The notes below the pieces were generated by a model. It searched no databases. It had not been told where the DNA came from and saw only the letters and a list, made by a program, of their open reading frames with translations. Made by a program: the position numbers and the translations under genes. 51,026 nt of DNA from a virus. Location of the stretch: IMG/VR virus record IMGVR_UViG_3300030514_000035, positions 1 through 51,026 of that record, one strand, 5' to 3'. Positions 46,780 through 51,026 of the stretch are shown in pieces. Numbering within the stretch: position 1 is the stretch's first letter; the number at the start of each line of letters is the position of its first letter.

Positions 46780-48078
46780 TTGGGTAGATTAAGTTATGAA
46801 CAACTAAATATGATTAAAGAAAAGCTAGAAGTAAAACAGTTATGGTCTTTCTCTAAGGCATCAACATACACTCAATGTACTTGGCTATTCTACTTGAAAT
46901 ATATTGAAAAGATTCGTGTAAAAGGTGATAACTGTTATACATGGTGGGGAACAGTATCGCATGATTTAATCCAAGGATTATATGATGGCGAACATACCTA
47001 CAGTGAGATGATTGATAAGTTTGAGAAGAAGGTGATTGAGTTCAAACTTCTAGGCGATCCTAAGCTTCAGTTCCCTAGTGAAAATGAATTCAAGAACTAT
47101 GTTGGTAATCTTAGACATTACTTCGCTAACGTTAGACAAATTCCATATAAAGTAATCAATGAGAGACCTGTATTAGCAGTGTTTGAAGGTGATGAGAGAT
47201 ATGTATTCCAAGGATATGTAGATAGTGAGTACCTAGACCCGACAACAGGTAAGTTTGTTATTGTCGATTATAAAACATCATCTATCAGTGGATTCACTGG
47301 CAAGAAGCTACTAGAGAAAGCTAGACAGCTTATGATTTACGCTACAGGAATCTCTACGTTTGGTAGAGAGGTTAATGGAGTTAAGCGTACATTCTCTCTA
47401 GAAGATATTGTTATTCGTTACGATATGATGAAATACCTTAATATAACATATTTGCAGAAGAATGGTACGCCAAAAACGACAAAAGCTGAACGTAGAGCAT
47501 GGGTAGGTAAGATTGCTTCTCCATTACGAAAAGACTTAGAAGATGTTCCAAAAGAGATGGAGAAGATTGAGAAAGAGATTAGAAAGCTTGAACGTAAGCA
47601 TAATGCTAAAGTAAGAACAGAAGAGGAAAGAGTAGTGCTTCGAAAAGAGATTGAAGAGTTAGAAGACCTTCATGGAAACATGGCTCAATATTTATTTGAC
47701 CCATTTGAAATCAACGACATGATTGAAGAGGCAATTGCTACAAACAGCCTTGCTAAGATGCCTCCATTCGTTCAGGAGAAGTATAGCTTAAGTGATTGCT
47801 ATATTGACATTGAACTAACAGAAGAGATTTTAGAAGAGTTTAAGGTAGAGTTAATCGATACTTTAAATACTATCACTCGTAAATCAGCAGAGAAGAATAA
47901 GCAAGAAGCATTTACTAGAGGACATATTGAAAATGGTGAATCATATTACTGTGTCAATTTATGTGATATGAAGGATCACTGCGAGTTCTATAAGGACTAC
48001 AAGGCTCACCAAGGCATGTTCCTAACAAACAACAATGCACCTTCTGAAGAAGAACTATTAGCTATGCTTGGCTTATAG
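46780..48078 (+). CDS. PD-(D/E)XK (RecB/Cas4/AddB-like) exonuclease with 4 Cys
   Basis: WSFS..QC, G...H, GYVD..IVDYKT, QL.IYA, YCVNLC...HC. Confidence 0.85.
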   Translation: MGRLSYEQLNMIKEKLEVKQLWSFSKASTYTQCTWLFYLKYIEKIRVKGDNCYTWWGTVSHDLIQGLYDGEHTYSEMIDKFEKKVIEFKLLGDPKLQFPSENEFKNYVGNLRHYFANVRQIPYKVINERPVLAVFEGDERYVFQGYVDSEYLDPTTGKFVIVDYKTSSISGFTGKKLLEKARQLMIYATGISTFGREVNGVKRTFSLEDIVIRYDMMKYLNITYLQKNGTPKTTKAERRAWVGKIASPLRKDLEDVPKEMEKIEKEIRKLERKHNAKVRTEEERVVLRKEIEELEDLHGNMAQYLFDPFEINDMIEEAIATNSLAKMPPFVQEKYSLSDCYIDIELTEEILEEFKVELIDTLNTITRKSAEKNKQEAFTRGHIENGESYYCVNLCDMKDHCEFYKDYKAHQGMFLTNNNAPSEEELLAMLGL

Positions 48079-48090
48079 GGAGGTGATATT

Positions 48091-48444
48091 GTGGAAGAGT
48101 TACAAAAGTTTATTGTAAGCCATGTGGACGATGGAGATAGCTTTGATGGTCAGTTCATCAAGCCCAATGGTAGCAGAAGTAAAACTGTTACCATTCGTCT
48201 TATTGGCGTTGATACACCTGAATCAGACCAAGCACGTTATAAGGAGTTATCTCAGTTAACTCGTAGAACATTACTAGGTAGAGTAATAGACGTTAAGGTC
48301 GTTTCTAAGGACGTTTATGGACGTTTCTTAGCTGAAGTATATGTTAAGCAAGGTAAAGAGTTAGTAAGCTATAACGACATGCTAGAAGCTAAAGGATTCG
48401 TATATATTCGTGGACAACATCATCGTCCTAAATGGGATTATTAA
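48091..48444 (+). CDS. thermonuclease (SNase) family
   Basis: DGDS, IRLIGVDTPE, DVYGRFLA. Confidence 0.9.
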   Translation: MEELQKFIVSHVDDGDSFDGQFIKPNGSRSKTVTIRLIGVDTPESDQARYKELSQLTRRTLLGRVIDVKVVSKDVYGRFLAEVYVKQGKELVSYNDMLEAKGFVYIRGQHHRPKWDY

Positions 48445-48520
48445 ACATCAAAGGAGTAGACTGTTCTACTCCTTTTGTGTTATAATTTAGTAAAATAACC
48501 GTATTTAGGAGAGGATTATC

Positions 48521-48604
48521 ATGGCTAAGTTACGTACTAAAATTCTATTCATTTCTTTTGTAAACGTATGTGGATTTATCATCGGTGCGATGGGAGGAAG
48601 TTAA
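48521..48604 (+). CDS. 27-aa hydrophobic peptide (not in ORF track)
   Basis: MAKLRTKILFISFVNVCGFIIGAMGGS; RBS AGGAGAGG; TG-extended TATAAT at 48481. Confidence 0.55.
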   Translation: MAKLRTKILFISFVNVCGFIIGAMGGS

Positions 48605-48707
48605 CAGAAAACTTAAACTTCTTCTTTTTTAAACAAAAGTATTGACGGTACGAAATAGCCATGATAATATTAGTACATAAGCAAGGGAACACGAGGAGGA
48701 AAACGAA

Positions 48708-48926
48708 ATGTACGCAGTTAAAACAGATGAGCAATTCTTCAATCGTTTCAAGGAGATTCAAGAGCAAGTTAAGCAAGTAGCAAGTTATTTCCAAAATTCT
48801 GATGAGGCTGGAATGACAGACCTTCAGTGGGATGAATATAATGATAAAGCAAATGAACTAGAAGATGCTGTTATCAGATTACTGCGTGATGCAGATGATC
48901 GCATTACATATAAAGAGGAGGAATGA
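48708..48926 (+). CDS. hypothetical protein
   Basis: RBS GAGGAGG; motif-linked promoter at 48642. Confidence 0.7.
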   Translation: MYAVKTDEQFFNRFKEIQEQVKQVASYFQNSDEAGMTDLQWDEYNDKANELEDAVIRLLRDADDRITYKEEE

Positions 48927-49159
48927 GTTTGATTCTAACTGGTAAATTCAAAGTAGTAAAAGTGTTAAAGAAGACATCTGCTGTATTCTTTAAGGGATTA
49001 AAAGTAGGAGATGAATTCGAACTAAAGTACAATCTTAATGGAGGCAAAGGCTACACTGCTGACATTGATATATATCAAGATGGCAAAGAGGTTCACTGGA
49101 ACGATGCAAGTCGTTTACGTAGAAACCTTGAAAATTTTCAATTAGAACAAAAGTATTGA
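48923..49159 (+). CDS. hypothetical protein
   Basis: ATGA overlap; RBS GGAGG. Confidence 0.7.
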   Translation: MSLILTGKFKVVKVLKKTSAVFFKGLKVGDEFELKYNLNGGKGYTADIDIYQDGKEVHWNDASRLRRNLENFQLEQKY

Positions 49160-49200
49160 CAATAAAACTAAAACCAAACAGAGAATAGGAGCAATTTACA

Positions 49201-51026
49201 ATGACTAAATTCAACTTAAACGCAATCACTTTTGGAGCAGAATACACTGACAAGGATAGCCAAATGGATGGATACCCACAATTTGAAAATGCAATTAAGG
49301 CTCGTTTCGAATCAATGGTTAAAGCAGGAGTGAAGTTATTCAGAACAGATGCAACTAATATCTATGAAACATATCTTGCTTACCTACCAGCTTACGCTCG
49401 ACAACATTATACTTGTAACGCTTGCGAACACTTCTTCAATCGATTTGGTAGCCTAGTAACAATTGATGATGAAGGAATTGTTAACTCTGTACTTTGGGAT
49501 GAGTATGCAGTACCAGCATTCTTTGTAAACTCAGTTAAGGCAATGCGAAGAGAAGTTCTAACTTCAAAAGTAACTGGCGTGTTCTTATCAGATGTTAAGA
49601 CTTTAGGTATTCCAAAGACAGGTGAATGGACTCATCCTCACGTTTGTCTACCTCGTGAATCAGTACATCGTTCACGCATCCAAAATGCAGGACAAGCAAT
49701 GGCTGATAAGCAACAAGAGTTTGGAATGGTTAATCGTGCTCTACGTGACTTCTCAATGGATACAGTAGATAAAGCATTGGCTCTTGTTAATTCAGAATCT
49801 CTATACCGTGGAGATGATAAAGTTAAACCAACTCTTGAGTGGTTTAAAGGGTTGATTGAGAAGGTAGAAGCTGTTAACAACTCTGTTCTACGTGCAAATG
49901 TAATTTGGTCTGCGATCGCTTCAGCACCAAATGGATTCGCTCACATTCGTGGAAACACTAGTGGCGCTCTATTGAAAGATATTGCAGAAGGTATGCCAAC
50001 TAGCTTAATCATTAGTCGATTTGGAGATAGAATGTCTACTCATATGCGTTCACAATCAGCGCCTTCTGAGAATGCAATCTATCAAGCAGAGAAACTAGTT
50101 GCTGATTTAGGAATTGAGAACTCATTAATGCGTAGATACGCTAAGCGTGAAGAAGTTTCTACGTTTTGGAATCCTAAAGCTGTGGCAAAAGTTGAACCTA
50201 AACAACCGAATGGTCGAGTATTTGGTCACTTGTTGGCACAAAGCAAAACTGCTGAAACAATGAATTTACCAACTTCAGTAATGACTTGGGATAAGTTCTC
50301 TCGAACAGTTCTTCCTACAGCAGATGGAATTGAAGTATTAGTCGATAATCCTAACAAGTTTATGGCTCTTGTTACAGCAGTAGATGAGACTGCAGAGAAC
50401 ATTCTTCAATGGGATAACCCAACGTCTTGGTACTATCACGGTGGTATTGACGCTGAAATGAAACGAAGAGTAGAGGAAGCTGGAGGTCGTTACGAAGATA
50501 ATGAAATTCGTGTATCTCTAATGTGGGAAGGCTTAACTGACCTTGACTTACACTGCGTAACTCCACGAGGAGAAGAACTTTACTATCATCATAAGAAAGG
50601 TCGTTGTGGCGGTTTCCTAGACTTAGATATGAATGGAATTGATAAGCATAGCCACACACCAGTAGAGAATGTACGTTGGACTAGCAATGCACCTGAAGGT
50701 CGATACAAGTTCTTTGTTCACAACTACAATGAAAAGGTTAATTATTTAGAAGGTACTCCATTCAAAGTAGAATTAGAGATTGATGGTCAAGTTTATCACT
50801 ACGAAGGTCAGCCATTAACAGAGCGAGGAAAGGTTACGGTGTTTGAATTCAACTATGTTAAAGGTCAACAACCTGTTATCAATGGAACTCAATCATCTCC
50901 TAGCGAGGCTTGGAATGTTCAAACAAATAGCTTTGTGAAAGTAAATGGTATTACAACATCTCCAAACTTATGGAATGCAGAGCCTGTAACTCATGCAGGA
51001 ACTCATATCTTCTTCTTACTAGATGG
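49201..51026 (+). CDS. large conserved phage protein with YfaP/DUF2135-like domain, runs off window end
   Basis: RBS AGGAG; MTKFNLN...RQHYTCNAC..F..FG.LV; later SLMWEGLTDLDLHC..P..LDLDMNG..PVEN; I saw no in-frame stop. Confidence 0.8.
   Translation, partial: MTKFNLNAITFGAEYTDKDSQMDGYPQFENAIKARFESMVKAGVKLFRTDATNIYETYLAYLPAYARQHYTCNACEHFFNRFGSLVTIDDEGIVNSVLWDEYAVPAFFVNSVKAMRREVLTSKVTGVFLSDVKTLGIPKTGEWTHPHVCLPRESVHRSRIQNAGQAMADKQQEFGMVNRALRDFSMDTVDKALALVNSESLYRGDDKVKPTLEWFKGLIEKVEAVNNSVLRANVIWSAIASAPNGFAHIRGNTSGALLKDIAEGMPTSLIISRFGDRMSTHMRSQSAPSENAIYQAEKLVADLGIENSLMRRYAKREEVSTFWNPKAVAKVEPKQPNGRVFGHLLAQSKTAETMNLPTSVMTWDKFSRTVLPTADGIEVLVDNPNKFMALVTAVDETAENILQWDNPTSWYYHGGIDAEMKRRVEEAGGRYEDNEIRVSLMWEGLTDLDLHCVTPRGEELYYHHKKGRCGGFLDLDMNGIDKHSHTPVENVRWTSNAPEGRYKFFVHNYNEKVNYLEGTPFKVELEIDGQVYHYEGQPLTERGKVTVFEFNYVKGQQPVINGTQSSPSEAWNVQTNSFVKVNGITTSPNLWNAEPVTHAGTHIFFLLD

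Noticed and set aside
46780-48078. Cas4 as part of a CRISPR system
   Set aside because: No array or other cas genes in the window; the context is phage recombination/replication.
2158-50659. Numerous short antisense or out-of-frame ORFs nested in long genes
   Set aside because: Shadow ORFs of AT-rich coding sequence with no RBS or recognisable motifs.

Overview
AT-rich segment of a large temperate Bacillus-group phage, probably a phage-plasmid. It is related in gene content to SPbeta-like phages, and almost all genes lie on the + strand. Layout: (1) 1-9.1 kb holds the 3' end of a probable replication initiator, a PcrA/UvrD helicase, a metallophosphoesterase, and a ParM/ParR partition cassette with a divergent MerR-HTH/coiled-coil (TubY/RacA-like) gene. 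(2) 9.1-12.45 kb is a ~3.3 kb non-coding tract. It has phased A-tracts, a G-to-C skew flip, a degenerate dyad repeat, and a dense cluster of host DNA-binding-protein sites. It ends in three tandem promoters, a boxA-like element and a ~350-nt highly structured RNA. (3) 12.46-25.9 kb is an early/accessory operon containing a pistol ribozyme (13377-13441) and a type II hammerhead ribozyme (17000-17068). (4) 25.9-30.2 kb is an SPbeta-like lysogeny module (tyrosine recombinase-like, MrpR/YopR-like and XRE genes) with no visible arbitrium genes. (5) 31-51 kb holds DNA metabolism and replication genes: ligase, dNMP kinase, Nudix, SSB-like, Sak4-like, DnaB helicase, primase, TK, nucleases. At least 27 exact copies of the asymmetric motif CAAAAGTATT mark promoters and gene junctions across the window. 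Spo0A, WalR and LexA boxes sit upstream of specific genes. All calls come from reading the sequence by eye; no searches were run.
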